Source of the DNA: Candidatus Melainabacteria bacterium 17Bon1m
GTDB lineage: Bacteria; Cyanobacteriota; Vampirovibrionia; Obscuribacterales; Obscuribacteraceae
NCBI GenBank assembly: GCA_032128875.1
Contig: JAVLKG010000006.1
Span: 288,001-352,000, forward strand
Direction: 5' to 3'
Length of the DNA: 64,000 nucleotides
The notes beneath the pieces were generated by a model. The model was given only the letters and a program-made list of their open reading frames with translations, did not search any database and was not told the DNA's origin. Positions 28,861 to 40,091 of this stretch are shown here, piece after piece. The stretch's first letter is position 1. Each line of letters opens with the position of its first letter. A program made the translations under genes and the position numbers.

Positions 28861-30006
28861 GTGGCTATGCTAAACAAATTAACAGTTGGAATTGAGCAGA
28901 AGGGAGTTTGGTTGAAATCAACTTTGCAGAAGAAGTCATCAGCAAGAGTGTTTCGCCTTAGCGTTGTAGTTTGCTCGACAATTTTCCTCAGCAGCTGCAG
29001 CTTGATCGAAGAAAAGTTCAAAGAGCTGATGCGACCTTCGCCTATCGAACATCCTGGTCAGCCCCAGACCGGGCAAGCTGAAAAGCGTTGGCCAGAGCCT
29101 CCGCACTTTACGATTCCACCACCTACCAAAGAAGAACTAGCTGAAGTCGGGTTACCTGTTCCCCCCACATTTTTTGTTCCGCCTCCACAGAAGCCTAACA
29201 AGAAAGTTCGTGGACGCAAAAATCCAGTCAAGTTCGAGAAAAAAACAATTGATCGCATTCCGTTCTACCAAACCACAATTGATTTGACTGACTACGACAC
29301 ATATCTCTCCGTGCTTTTGCCGCACAATGCATCGCAGGCGAACAGCGCAGAAATCAGCTACGGCGCCGAGAATTTTGAATCCTTTGTGACATCGCATAGA
29401 GGGGCAGTTTTGATGAACGGAACTTTCTTCAGCAAAGACAAAGAACAGCGTGTGATGGGCAATCTTGTTGCCGATGGCAAAATACTCAAGTACAGCAGGT
29501 GGGAAAATTATGGCACCACACTTGGTATTAGAGCCGACAACAAGCTAGAGATGGTTACAGCCCGAGCAGAAGGACAACCTCAATGGGATAAGCATTGGTT
29601 TTCTCTGACTTGTGGTCCGCGTCTGTTGCGTCAAGGAGAAGTTTGGGTTCATCCTGATATTGAGGGTTTTACCGATTCACACGTTTTGACCATCGGACCG
29701 CGGCAGGCGATGGGATATCCGAAGAGCAAAGACAAGATTTATCTGGTCACTTTTTTGTACGGATTGTCACTAGAGAAAGAAGCCGAAATGATGAAAAAGA
29801 TTGGCTGCTACGAAGCGATGAACCTGGACGGTGGCGCATCCCGCGCGCTCGCTCACAATGGTTCTATCATCATCAAAGCTGGTCGCCCACTTACGAATGT
29901 TTTGATTGTTTATGACAAAACCCATCCGGCCCCGCAAAACACCGTGAAATCTTGGGACCACTTTCAGGAAATCAATCAAGTAGCCGAAGAAGAAGGCGCT
30001 AACTAA
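28861..30006 (+). CDS. phosphodiester glycosidase (NAGPA) family lipoprotein
   Basis: MNGTFF, GPRLL, AMNLDGGAS motifs; lipobox LSSC; start uncertain. Confidence 0.85.
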   Translation: MAMLNKLTVGIEQKGVWLKSTLQKKSSARVFRLSVVVCSTIFLSSCSLIEEKFKELMRPSPIEHPGQPQTGQAEKRWPEPPHFTIPPPTKEELAEVGLPVPPTFFVPPPQKPNKKVRGRKNPVKFEKKTIDRIPFYQTTIDLTDYDTYLSVLLPHNASQANSAEISYGAENFESFVTSHRGAVLMNGTFFSKDKEQRVMGNLVADGKILKYSRWENYGTTLGIRADNKLEMVTARAEGQPQWDKHWFSLTCGPRLLRQGEVWVHPDIEGFTDSHVLTIGPRQAMGYPKSKDKIYLVTFLYGLSLEKEAEMMKKIGCYEAMNLDGGASRALAHNGSIIIKAGRPLTNVLIVYDKTHPAPQNTVKSWDHFQEINQVAEEEGAN

Positions 30007-30110
30007 TTTAGTGACCCGGCTGGGTATATAGATTTGGCGCTATTGGGCTTTGTCTTTTGGATTGAAACAGGTTGTCGAACCAATAATGTTGATTGCCAGA
30101 CGGGTGAACT

Positions 30111-30785
30111 ATGAGTGCTGATGACGACAAAAGATTAGCCGCGTCTGCGGCCGTCGAATTAGTTGAAGATGGAATGGTGCTCGGCTTGGGCACTGGTTCT
30201 ACTGCAGTGTTTGCAGTAGAGATGCTTGGCGAGATGGTGAAGAAGGGATTGCGAATAAAGGGGGTTCCGACTTCGGATTCAACCGAAAAACTCGCCAAAA
30301 GCGTCGGTATTCCAATCGTGACGCTGGACGAGTTTCCACAACTTGATTTGGACATTGATGGCGCAGATGAAGTAGAACCGACGCTGTGTTTGATAAAAGG
30401 CGGAGGTGGTGCGCTCCTTCGCGAGAAGATTGTGGCGTATGCTTCTAGGCGAGTTGTGATTATTGTGGACGAGAAAAAGCTGGTGGACAAGCTTGGGAAG
30501 TTTCACCTGCCAATTGAGGTTGTTCCATTCTCTCGTGGGTTGATTCAAGAGACGATCAAGAAGATGGGCGCATCCAGCGTGGTTAGAGAGAGAAATGGAC
30601 AGGTGTTTCGCACCGACGAAAACAACTTGATTTTGGATTGTGACTTCGGTTTGATTGACGATCCCCGCGCACTAGGACAGCAACTCTCCTTGATACCTGG
30701 AGTTGTGGAACATGGCTTGTTCTTGGATATGGTTGAGCGTGTCATCATCGGTGGTGACGGAAAAGTTAAAACACTTTCGCGATAG
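30111..30785 (+). CDS. rpiA: ribose-5-phosphate isomerase A
   Basis: GLGTGST, DGADEV, IKGGGGALLREKIVA, PGVVEHGLF. Confidence 0.97.
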   Translation: MSADDDKRLAASAAVELVEDGMVLGLGTGSTAVFAVEMLGEMVKKGLRIKGVPTSDSTEKLAKSVGIPIVTLDEFPQLDLDIDGADEVEPTLCLIKGGGGALLREKIVAYASRRVVIIVDEKKLVDKLGKFHLPIEVVPFSRGLIQETIKKMGASSVVRERNGQVFRTDENNLILDCDFGLIDDPRALGQQLSLIPGVVEHGLFLDMVERVIIGGDGKVKTLSR

Positions 30786-30792
30786 ACGCTTT

Positions 30793-31746
30793 CTATGACG
30801 CTGTAACAGCTTCTCTCGTGCCTACTTTTTCTAGAACAGCTTGTGTGGGCGGGCTGTATTTGTCGACGCGCGTGAAATCAGGATGGAAGAGTCTCGTTAT
30901 CCATGCTGGTTGTGCAGCGCTGGTGCCCAGTGATATCACAATGTGTACTAGTGCACCCCACGTGAAAAACTGGAAGAATTCGAACTGCGTGAAGCAGTGC
31001 ACTGGCAGTGGACTGTAGGGTGACAGCAAGACTATTAACGCAGTCAATATGATGTTAGCGCTGACAAAAATCATCAAGGGCTTCGTCTGTTTGTAAGAAA
31101 TCATCTTCCAGCTAGGGTAAACGACCCAGAAAAGCACATGGTAAAAAATGAAGTTAGCTAGGTTGACTGGATGTATGAGACCCATCAGTACAAAAGCCAG
31201 ACCGAGTGATTCAAATGCGCACACCTTCGTCATTTGCTCTTTAGTAAGGAACTTTCTGTGTCTGAACAAAAAGTAGCCGTACACGCATGCGCTTATTACA
31301 TAGCCACTCCAGTAGAAGAGTTCTGCTTCGTGCTTATGCCCAAAGTGCGGAGATCGTGTTGACGCAAAAAATACAAATGTGTTGCAGACAATTGAAGCGA
31401 CTCTAAGTAGTTTTGTTTGGCTCCAAAGTTTTGGCATTACATTCTCAAACATCAAATAGACTTCACTGAAGACGTAGTGAATGCCGAATGCAATGAAGAG
31501 AAGCGTTGGATTTTCTAGGCTGGCAAGAAGAACGGATGCACCAATTAGAAGCATGAAATATGTAGCGGTTGAAGGACGCTTCATAGCGTCGACCACATAC
31601 TTCTTGGAGTACGGAACGGCTAGTAAATAATGCGCGATTGTGAGCGGCATTGAAAAAACCGCAAATGCCATCGGCTTGAAAAAAAACAGCGGTATAGCGA
31701 CCGCGAAGAGAAAACTGAAAAGGCGTAGTATCAAATATGATGGCAT
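30793..31746 (-). CDS. hypothetical multi-pass membrane protein with several His residues in or near TM segments
   Basis: About 9 TM; AHY, IHY, YHV, VHI motifs. Confidence 0.75.
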   Translation of the reverse strand: MPSYLILRLFSFLFAVAIPLFFFKPMAFAVFSMPLTIAHYLLAVPYSKKYVVDAMKRPSTATYFMLLIGASVLLASLENPTLLFIAFGIHYVFSEVYLMFENVMPKLWSQTKLLRVASIVCNTFVFFASTRSPHFGHKHEAELFYWSGYVISACVYGYFLFRHRKFLTKEQMTKVCAFESLGLAFVLMGLIHPVNLANFIFYHVLFWVVYPSWKMISYKQTKPLMIFVSANIILTALIVLLSPYSPLPVHCFTQFEFFQFFTWGALVHIVISLGTSAAQPAWITRLFHPDFTRVDKYSPPTQAVLEKVGTREAVTAS

Positions 31747-31925
31747 GCAAACGCCGGCTTAATTGAGGCGTCACGATTATACCGTGAGGGCGTAAAGCCT
31801 CACAGGTTCAGCATCTTATGCTGGACATGCGAGGTTCTGTAGCAAGGCGCCAATCAATGCTTTGCAACCAATTAGAATCGCTTAAACCTTCGCAGGTTCA
31901 ACAATTTGCTTGATGTCAAGCGTGC

Positions 31926-32645
31926 CTATGCTACCTTTTCGCTATCAAATGAATCAAACTCGTTAAAGGAATCACCGTAAATGTATTTGTGATTCCATTC
32001 AGGAACTCTACGCAAGTAGTCTTTGATTTGCGCAAGCATCTGTTTGTTTTTCCGCACATCTAGCCGAAATACTATCGGCGACCACTTTGGCCCCCAGATC
32101 TTGGTAATCAAAAATGTGCGAACAGGCGTTAGTTTGAATGCCGAGTCAACAATCACTCGAGTTTTGTTTTCACCGAGCTGTTCAAACTTGATGTCTACCA
32201 TCCTGTCGACGGTCACCCAGAAGTTTCCTTTTACGCGCAATTGAATGCGCTGGCCTTCTTCGAATGTTTCGATTTTAGACTTCGGTAATTGAGTTGTTGC
32301 TCCAAGGCTCAGTTCAAATGCCTGTTCAAGCGGCATATCCAAATCTTCGTATGCGATGAAAGCACTGGCGCCATGATTCTTTAGTCTGCGCCACCACACA
32401 AAGTGATGAATCATCGCCGAAATTAAAAGCATGCCGACGATAGTTGTTGCAACGCCAAACTGAAAAGAGAGCAGGCGAGCCATTGGAAGACCTGCGACAA
32501 GCGCCATCAAGGTGGGCGGGAGAGTGAACACCATCGCGTAAATAGTGGCGCCAACAATCGGTCTCAGGTAATCCTGCGGCTGGATAAGCTCGGGGTTTAG
32601 AATAGGCAGGTCGATAACGACCAGTTCTTGGCTCTCTTCGGACAT
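31926..32645 (-). CDS. hypothetical membrane protein
   Basis: Two TM segments plus soluble domain; ATG 32645 (ORF track 32696). Confidence 0.75.
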   Translation of the reverse strand: MSEESQELVVIDLPILNPELIQPQDYLRPIVGATIYAMVFTLPPTLMALVAGLPMARLLSFQFGVATTIVGMLLISAMIHHFVWWRRLKNHGASAFIAYEDLDMPLEQAFELSLGATTQLPKSKIETFEEGQRIQLRVKGNFWVTVDRMVDIKFEQLGENKTRVIVDSAFKLTPVRTFLITKIWGPKWSPIVFRLDVRKNKQMLAQIKDYLRRVPEWNHKYIYGDSFNEFDSFDSEKVA

Positions 32646-32772
32646 TAAATGCACCCTGGGCTGAGTCTTATAAGTTCTATTCCCCTCTCCGGGCAATATC
32701 TCTCACAGGCACCTTCAGGTTAGAATTAACGCAATCCATGTGGGGCGTTCTTTGCCAGACTAGGTTTCGCTT

Positions 32773-33732
32773 TTGAAAATCAACAGACTCCTCGTTGGGC
32801 TCGTTAATGTTGTTGTTCTCGGAATTTCAATACTTGTCGTTTTGAGTTTCGTACCTGCTGATTGGTACTGTGACTTACTAACTCAGTTTCGTTTGATGTA
32901 TGTACTAGGTCTTGTGGTGTGCGTTGGCGCTTTGACGGCACTGAGGGCATATAAAAGCCTTGCAGTCGCCGCTCTCGCATTGATAGTGGCGGGCGCACCG
33001 GTGGCTACGATGTTCATTCCGCGCAGTTCCGGAGGGCACGACGACACCGTAATGCAGACCATCAGCATTATGAATTTCAACACTGAGTTTCAGCACAATG
33101 ATGCCTATCACAAATTTGCCGACTTGCTAGAAAGCAACAAACCCGACGTTCTAGCGCTGGTTGAGACTGATCAGAAGTGGGTTACTGGGCTGTCTGAATC
33201 ACTCGCCCGATATCCATATCAGCAGGTTGTTATCAAAGGACCGGGGATTGCGCTGTTCAGCAAATATCCAATCTCAAATGTAAACGTGTTTTTCTATGGG
33301 AAATCACATCATCCTCGTATCTCTGCCGAACTTAGAATCAAGAAACGCACTGTTAATGTGGTTATTGCTCACCCTACGACACCTAAAACACGGGCTGGGT
33401 TTATGGAAAGAAATGCCGAACTTAGGCTGATTGGCGATGAAATGCGGTCCAAGGTTGGCACAAAAATTCTTATCGGTGATTTAAACTGTGGACCGTGGTC
33501 TGGGGAGTTTCGACAACTCTTAGGTGATGACCTTATCGATTCGGAACAGGGATTTGGACCTCAACCGTCATGGCCTGCTCGAACAGGTCGAGTAATTGAA
33601 AACTTTCCAATACCACCGTTTGTTCCGATAGATCATATTTTGATTTCCAAGGACATTTCCATTGAACAAAGAATAATCGGACCAGCTATTGGTTCTGACC
33701 ATTTGCCAGTGTTTGTGAAACTGAAATTGTAG
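32773..33732 (+). CDS. endonuclease/exonuclease/phosphatase (EEP, YafD-like) membrane protein
   Basis: PDVLALVE, GDLN..PWS, IDHILIS, GSDHLPV; three N-terminal TM. Confidence 0.92.
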   Translation: MKINRLLVGLVNVVVLGISILVVLSFVPADWYCDLLTQFRLMYVLGLVVCVGALTALRAYKSLAVAALALIVAGAPVATMFIPRSSGGHDDTVMQTISIMNFNTEFQHNDAYHKFADLLESNKPDVLALVETDQKWVTGLSESLARYPYQQVVIKGPGIALFSKYPISNVNVFFYGKSHHPRISAELRIKKRTVNVVIAHPTTPKTRAGFMERNAELRLIGDEMRSKVGTKILIGDLNCGPWSGEFRQLLGDDLIDSEQGFGPQPSWPARTGRVIENFPIPPFVPIDHILISKDISIEQRIIGPAIGSDHLPVFVKLKL

Positions 33733-33808
33733 AGTCAATATAGGCTTCGGTCTGGAGTAAGTCGTATTTGCCGCGGCTTTGCTAAGCTGAGAGCCTTGAG
33801 GAGGCATT

Positions 33809-34636
33809 GTGGTCAAAAAAGTTGTTTTGTCGATTCTAATCCTCTATCTACTCGGGGCCGTTGCTCTGAACAGTCCTTTGTTCAGCCTCTGCGTCATTTC
33901 GCCGTCCCGAAAAATAGATCCGTCACGATTTGATGCGATTCAAGGAGCCCGAAGGCAAAGGTTCGTTGTTAGGTCCGGCACAGAACAATTAGAAGCTTGG
34001 TTTTTTGAGGTCAAAGGTTCTACGTCACTCGCCGTCGTACACCATGGAAGAGGTGGCAATCTATACAACAAGGCATTTCTAGCTCAACAGCTAATTGACC
34101 GTAATTTGTCTGTGGTAGTTTACGATTATTGTGGCTATGGTGCGAGTTCAGGTCCCGCATCCCTGAATAGCTTCAATCGAGATGCGCTTGCAGTGCACGA
34201 TTTCTCGATTGTCAGATTTGGATTTGCTCCCGCGAAGACGGTTATCGTTGGAGAGTCCATTGGTACTGGGCCTGCTTGCGCTGTAGCTTCCCAGCGAGAG
34301 TGCGCTGGAGTGTTCTTGCAGGCACCATTTACGTCATTACCTCAGGAGGCTAAGAGCTGCGCACCAATTCTTCACGTATATCCGGATTGGTTATTTCCAA
34401 AGCCAAGCTTCGAGAATATTCAATATGTAAGAGGGAAGCATCCCCCTTTGCTGATTGTTCATGGTGCTAAGGATAATCAGATTCCCGTATCTCACGCGAA
34501 AGCACTATTTGAAGCCGCGACTCAGCCTACGACGTTGGTGATACTACCCAACGCCGGTCATAGAAACGTTGGTGGTGCTGATCCTGAGCTGTTCGGAAAG
34601 GCTTTGACAGAGTTTCTCAACGAAATTAAAAATTAG
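33809..34636 (+). CDS. alpha/beta hydrolase (ABHD17/YfhR-like)
   Basis: HGRGGN, DYCGYGAS, GESIG, VHGAKD, AGH. Confidence 0.9.
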   Translation: MVKKVVLSILILYLLGAVALNSPLFSLCVISPSRKIDPSRFDAIQGARRQRFVVRSGTEQLEAWFFEVKGSTSLAVVHHGRGGNLYNKAFLAQQLIDRNLSVVVYDYCGYGASSGPASLNSFNRDALAVHDFSIVRFGFAPAKTVIVGESIGTGPACAVASQRECAGVFLQAPFTSLPQEAKSCAPILHVYPDWLFPKPSFENIQYVRGKHPPLLIVHGAKDNQIPVSHAKALFEAATQPTTLVILPNAGHRNVGGADPELFGKALTEFLNEIKN

Positions 34637-35075
34637 CCCGAGTTTGCACTACGCATTTTGCAATCATGTCGTGCAGGCATTGTTTTTTCTTTGAAACCAA
34701 AAAGAGAAGATATCCAAATCCGAAAGAAAATACAGATGCATACTTGCTCACGTGCCTAGCGAGAGCGCGTGATTTGCTGATTTGTCTGCCTTGAAGATCA
34801 GTAACGATTAATCCGAAAATGATTTTTCCTGGCGTCGCCTGAAATTTTGAACCTTCAAAGAAAACATGATAGGCAAATGCAATAGCCACGCCGATTGCCA
34901 AACTGATCATAGCCATTTTTCCAGCAGCAAGATGAAGGTTCATTTGAAGGCAGAGAGTAAAAAGTGTTATGCGTGCCAGAAAAATGATAATTCCCACGAT
35001 AAGAGAATCTGCCAACCATGCGGTTAGTCGTTTTGTGATAGTAGGAAATTGTTGATTATCTCGTGTGGTGCTCAT
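34626..35075 (-). CDS. RDD family protein
   Basis: KRLTAWLAD, QATPGK, KKQCLHDMIA. Confidence 0.92.
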   Translation of the reverse strand: MSTTRDNQQFPTITKRLTAWLADSLIVGIIIFLARITLFTLCLQMNLHLAAGKMAMISLAIGVAIAFAYHVFFEGSKFQATPGKIIFGLIVTDLQGRQISKSRALARHVSKYASVFSFGFGYLLFLVSKKKQCLHDMIAKCVVQTRANF

Positions 35076-35716
35076 TTTGTTTCTTTAAATGTGTCCATCG
35101 GCAAAAATGGTCCATCAATTCCGGGATACGTTTTTCCCTCCGGAAGAGACAGCTCCAAACTGTTTTCATTCACCCAATGAATAAGTGACGCAACATAACT
35201 GTTGCTTGTCCAAAAGCCTAAGCGGCCTATCTTGAATGGACGCACTATCGGACTGTACATAAACTTGCCCTTGTTTATGTTTTTCATTCCGTTCTGCGCC
35301 ATCGTAATTAATTTGAAGGCTGAATCTCTGGAGAGTTTTTGTGGTTTACCAAAATCATCCCAACTCCTTATGTTGAATAAGGGAGAAGTGGGATGCTTTG
35401 GGTGTATGTATGCTTGCAAGAAAACAGGAAACAAAGCGGGGATTTGATACACAAGCAATGTGTCGTGTGCATAGGTGGTATCCCAGCCGCCATTGATGTA
35501 CCAAGTGGCTGACGGCTTATCGTTGGTGAGCATCGTCAATTTCATACCGAGGTGATATGAACCGAAGTCTCCCCACCTTTGATAAGTGAGGATGTAAGCG
35601 ATTTTCTCCGCCGCCTTATTTGCGTTAGTTCTCGAGATCTGTTGTGACCACGCCGGAGCAAAAGTGGTTGTAGTGATTAAAAGTGAAACGAGGGCTAGTA
35701 TTGATAAGCGAAGCAT
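35072..35716 (-). CDS. hypothetical secreted protein
   Basis: Signal peptide MLRLSILALVSLLITTTTFAPAWS from ATG 35716 (ORF track 35875). Confidence 0.7.
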   Translation of the reverse strand: MLRLSILALVSLLITTTTFAPAWSQQISRTNANKAAEKIAYILTYQRWGDFGSYHLGMKLTMLTNDKPSATWYINGGWDTTYAHDTLLVYQIPALFPVFLQAYIHPKHPTSPLFNIRSWDDFGKPQKLSRDSAFKLITMAQNGMKNINKGKFMYSPIVRPFKIGRLGFWTSNSYVASLIHWVNENSLELSLPEGKTYPGIDGPFLPMDTFKETK

Positions 35717-36077
35717 ATCTTTTCGACGTAAGGACGTTGTTGTTAACGCGGCACGATTCGCAAAGTCTGGTTCCAGTGACGCTCTTGAATTGCAAATGTG
35801 CCGCGGTATGACCGGTTTTCTTGACCAATTATTTGATAAAAGCAAACGCATATTTATGTCATTGAAAACTGTCAAGGAGCTAGATTACTACGTTTTGGAC
35901 AGTAGGGGCACTGCCCGTTCGAGCAGGAACCACCCGAAAAGCATTGCCTCTCGCGCTTTTTCGCTTTGGCAAAAAAATTTTGCGCTTGCGAACAAAATGC
36001 CTTAAGCTGCTGTGCTATCAAAATACCGAGACATACTTAGCAAGCATTGTTGTCATTAGGAAATCAGGTAACTCTAA

Positions 36078-37901
36078 GTGTTAAAAAACAGTCGCAGAAG
36101 TATAGTTTGTACCTGTCTTGCTACGTCGTTTTTCCTTCAAGCTAATGTGGCGTGCTTTGCTAGTGAAAGTGTTGCGGCTAGTTCGCCGTCGTCCGGCACC
36201 GAAGCGGCGCACAGTAATGTTGATTTTGGCGAACTCCCTATTGCTGACGATATGTTGGTTGCTGCTGCTGACTTGAAGTCAGTTACCGAGTCCACGGCAA
36301 AAAATTCAGATATTGCACCGAATGATCAAAAGCCCGACTATGGTGGTGACGAGCTGTTTGATGAAAAGGCTGGCGGAAAGCCTCAGAGCGAAGACACAGA
36401 GACAAACTCTAGTTCGGCTCCTGCTGATAAAGCAACTAAGACGGCGGAGAGTAGTGCCTCCGATACGGACAAAACCATCAAAGTACAAGGGTCTGTGGGT
36501 GGTGCCGGACATCTGACTCGCCCTACGGCTATCGCACAATCATTTGGCGACAAAGTAATTTTGCGAGGAGATGCTTCCGTTACACCGAGCGAAGCGGCGC
36601 GGCAGGTCGATGATCTGACCAAGCAAATACTTTTAAAAGAGATAGAACTGCAAAGGTACAACTTGCATTACACCATGGAAGTGGCTAAGCAAGGCCGCTG
36701 GAAAGGATGGCGTTATGCACTCTTCCAGGAAATAAATTCCGGCATGGGTTTGACTGGTTCGATTATCTCCACGTCAAACCGCGGACAAGCATTGCATAAT
36801 GCTAAGCGAGTCAATCTGCATACTCAGCTGGCGGCAAACTACATTCCCATGATTGGATCTATCATTGGTGCCAGTGCGGCCGCCGGTGAATTTGGTATCA
36901 ATACCTACCATGAAATGGTGGCGCGCTCGCATGGATTTTCGCCAACGGCAGCAGTAAAGAAAGTTCGTGGTCTGCAACAAGACATTGATTCATTGATCAA
37001 TAAACGCGACGCTCTAATGCGAATTGAGGCTTCAGAGCCAAGCCTCCATGAGTATGTCACAGTAGATGATGTTGAAGGAAGAGTTTTGAAGGATATGCGT
37101 GACCAGTCGCTCATGGAATTCGAGCGCTTTCACCTTGGTGCGCGTAAAACGCTCGGCTTCCAACAAGCTCAGTACTTGTTTGACGTCGCAAAATACACGA
37201 CAAATGCGATTGGCTGCAACTGGGCTTATCTGTCCCTCGCTAATCACCATCGTATTTGGAACGGACGCGCAGGTGTGATGTTTGCGATTTCTGGTCAGTT
37301 GACTTGCTATGCACCTATTCTCAGCAGACTGTTTGCTAAGGGCTATGGTGAGTTCACCAAAAAGGGAATGAAAGACATTCGCGAAGAAGCGCGCGAGACT
37401 AGCATGGCTAAGTTGTCTGCGGATCTCAATGACTTAAACCAGATCATCAAAAAGCATCAAGAACATAACCCTGAAGTTGCTACCACTGTTGTGATGCAGG
37501 GTGACTATGAAGCTCACGAGCGAACTTTCACGAAAGAAATCGATGCAGCGCAAAAGAAATCTGATGCGGCAAAACTTACTGCTACGCAGAACATCGGAGC
37601 CGGTTTGTTTGTCGGTGGTTTGAAAACAGCATCAGGTGTGCTCTTCATCGTGCCTGGATTCAACCCCAATTACAACAAGTCCGATACGCGTTCGTCACGT
37701 GTCACTAACGACTTGTTGTTTACGACAGCTATCCTTGGATTACCTGCCGGTGTGTTTTCAATGCTCGACACTCTGCGAATTCAGGTTCGTGGTGAAATAA
37801 ATCGACACAAGGCAGCCAAGGAAGGAAAACTTCCTGGACAACTAGCTGTAGCTCGCTTGAAAGAACTCGATCAGATGGAACGGAAGCTCAAGGCTTTGTA
37901 A
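36078..37901 (+). CDS. hypothetical secreted protein with coiled coils and Gly-rich hydrophobic helices
   Basis: 607-aa ORF with signal peptide. Confidence 0.8.
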   Translation: MLKNSRRSIVCTCLATSFFLQANVACFASESVAASSPSSGTEAAHSNVDFGELPIADDMLVAAADLKSVTESTAKNSDIAPNDQKPDYGGDELFDEKAGGKPQSEDTETNSSSAPADKATKTAESSASDTDKTIKVQGSVGGAGHLTRPTAIAQSFGDKVILRGDASVTPSEAARQVDDLTKQILLKEIELQRYNLHYTMEVAKQGRWKGWRYALFQEINSGMGLTGSIISTSNRGQALHNAKRVNLHTQLAANYIPMIGSIIGASAAAGEFGINTYHEMVARSHGFSPTAAVKKVRGLQQDIDSLINKRDALMRIEASEPSLHEYVTVDDVEGRVLKDMRDQSLMEFERFHLGARKTLGFQQAQYLFDVAKYTTNAIGCNWAYLSLANHHRIWNGRAGVMFAISGQLTCYAPILSRLFAKGYGEFTKKGMKDIREEARETSMAKLSADLNDLNQIIKKHQEHNPEVATTVVMQGDYEAHERTFTKEIDAAQKKSDAAKLTATQNIGAGLFVGGLKTASGVLFIVPGFNPNYNKSDTRSSRVTNDLLFTTAILGLPAGVFSMLDTLRIQVRGEINRHKAAKEGKLPGQLAVARLKELDQMERKLKAL

Positions 37902-37903
37902 GA

Positions 37904-39805
37904 CTATTTCTCTTTTGGGGTTTCAGTTGGGACTTCGGCGCCATAAGTTTTCCAAAACTTTTTCGCTTCGTCTTCCTTCTTGAGATTTTTCAGCTTCCAG
38001 TAGACATCTCTTACTCTTTCAACAGTCCGTGGATTGTCCTTTCCGAGGACCTTATCTAAAACTGCTATTTCTTGTTTGTAGTAGGGGATAGCGTCAGCGA
38101 GTTTTCCTTGCTGAAACAAGATATTTCCGAGTTGATTGTACGCGTTTGCGCAAGCGAGGTGATCTTTGTTTGGATATGCTTTTTCCACCAAAGGGATCAA
38201 TGAGCGATCAACTTCTTCTGCTTTCGCAATCTCGTTCGCTCCACGGTAGGCCTGGCCCAATCGAAAAAGCGGAAGCAACGAGAGAGGATCTCCCTCACCT
38301 CTCGTTCTTACTTTTATTTCTCTCGAAAGGCGAGCCTCTTCGATAGCTTTACGATAGTTCTTCTCTTGAAGATAGATTTCGGCCATCCAATCATGCATTG
38401 AACCTCTTTCAAAATCTTCGCCGTGTTTTGCGTTGAGTTTCAGAGCTTCTTCAAAGGATTTTTTTGATGCGCCCCAGTTGGACATATTACTTTGAAGTTG
38501 CGCTAACTGCATGTAGATCAATTCCCGATCGTGATCTGGCGCATTTCCAGCTTTTGCAGCTTTTAAAGCCTTTCTTAGCTCGATTTCCGCGCTGGCATAA
38601 TTTGCTGGACCGTTATTACTGGTCATCTGCGCTGAGCGCGCGAGTGCATTCCAAGGCGCCGGTGCGAAAGTTTCTTTGAGCCTGGGACCGATAGTAAAAA
38701 TTCCTACTGCTGTAGTTATAAGCGCAAAAGAGATAATTCCGAATTTTAGCGCTTGCTTCGGAGAAAGATGTCTCTCTAATTTTTTATATTTGTGTTTTGC
38801 GGGACCGTCGGGATTTTGAATGAATTGATTCAGATCTTCGGCCGTCTGCCAGCGATCATTCGGGTCTTTCTCTAGACATCCTTGAATTGCGCTCATTAGT
38901 GTGCGAGCAGGATGTTTAGCGGGTTTTACAAACTCTTGGTTGTTGTGCTTCATCAAGACTTCAAGTGCACTATCAGCAACAAAAGGAGGTTTGCCTGTTA
39001 GGCACTCAAACGCAACGCAACCAAGCGAATAAATGTCCGAGCGTGCGTCCGCATGTTTCCCCAAGCATTGCTCCGGGCTCATGTAGTGCGGTGTTCCAAA
39101 CACCTCTCCTGTCTGTGTCAGGTTTGCCTGATTTTCTTCATCGACAAACTTTGCAATACCAAAGTCAACGATCTTGGGAATCTCTTCTCCGTTAACTTGA
39201 GCAAGAATTATATTCGCCGGCTTTAAATCTCGATGGACGACACCTGCTTCGTGAGCATGTTTCAATCCCTCACAGATTTGGGAGATGATTTTCTTGGCTC
39301 TTTCTTCTCCAAGAGTTCCAGCTTGTTTGATCGCGTCCGAAAGAGGTATTCCATCAACAAAATCCATTACTAGATATGCGCCGTTATCGTCGTATCCGAA
39401 TTCGCGCACGGTGGCAATGTTATTGTGATTGAGTGATGTTGCCGTTTTTGCTTCTTGCTGAAACCTCATCGCCGCTTTCGCCTGCATGATGCCAGGCTTG
39501 ATTAATTTGATCGCAACGATACGATTGAGCATCAAATGTCGTGCCTTATAGACGACACTCATCCCACCCTCACCGAGTTTTGAAATTACTTCAAAACGGC
39601 CGGCAATTATTTGGCCGATTATGGAGTCGTCCTGCAGAGGGCTCGATGGAAGACTTGATGAACGCTCATCGCCAAATGAAAGGGTTTCGGAGCCTGAAAA
39701 TGTGTTGCTAGTCGAATCTAAAAGTTCTCTTTGAGCGTGTTGCGATTCATCTTGTCCAAGAACAAGATCGATCTTTTCTTGTTTCCTCAGGTCTTCCTTG
39801 CTCAC
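37904..39805 (-). CDS. Ser/Thr protein kinase with TM and TPR repeats
   Basis: GEGGMSVVY, VAIK, HRDLKPAN, DFG, GTPHYMSPEQ; C-terminal TPRs. Confidence 0.95.
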   Translation of the reverse strand: MSKEDLRKQEKIDLVLGQDESQHAQRELLDSTSNTFSGSETLSFGDERSSSLPSSPLQDDSIIGQIIAGRFEVISKLGEGGMSVVYKARHLMLNRIVAIKLIKPGIMQAKAAMRFQQEAKTATSLNHNNIATVREFGYDDNGAYLVMDFVDGIPLSDAIKQAGTLGEERAKKIISQICEGLKHAHEAGVVHRDLKPANIILAQVNGEEIPKIVDFGIAKFVDEENQANLTQTGEVFGTPHYMSPEQCLGKHADARSDIYSLGCVAFECLTGKPPFVADSALEVLMKHNNQEFVKPAKHPARTLMSAIQGCLEKDPNDRWQTAEDLNQFIQNPDGPAKHKYKKLERHLSPKQALKFGIISFALITTAVGIFTIGPRLKETFAPAPWNALARSAQMTSNNGPANYASAEIELRKALKAAKAGNAPDHDRELIYMQLAQLQSNMSNWGASKKSFEEALKLNAKHGEDFERGSMHDWMAEIYLQEKNYRKAIEEARLSREIKVRTRGEGDPLSLLPLFRLGQAYRGANEIAKAEEVDRSLIPLVEKAYPNKDHLACANAYNQLGNILFQQGKLADAIPYYKQEIAVLDKVLGKDNPRTVERVRDVYWKLKNLKKEDEAKKFWKTYGAEVPTETPKEK

Positions 39806-39812
39806 GAAAGGT

Positions 39813-39995
39813 TTACTGACCAGTAAGTGCTTTGGAAATCATGGTGCCGGCGAATGCCCAGACACCAAGAACGATAATTGCGATCCCCGCGAGTACCATC
39901 ACAAGTTTGCCCCAGTTGGATGGTGGATTTGGATCGTATGGATCTTCAGGCATTTTGTTCACCTTTTCGCGGACGAACTTCAATCGAGACTCCAT
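39813..39995 (-). CDS. small single-TM protein
   Basis: 60 aa with one TM, 7 bp upstream of the kinase start. Confidence 0.55.
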   Translation of the reverse strand: MESRLKFVREKVNKMPEDPYDPNPPSNWGKLVMVLAGIAIIVLGVWAFAGTMISKALTGQ

Positions 39996-40091
39996 TCAAG
40001 ATTATAGACCTCAGAATCTTAAAAGCGTTCAAAAGGTGCTAAAAATGACATGGGAGCCACAAGTGATTAGTTCTGGGATTGTTGTAAACTG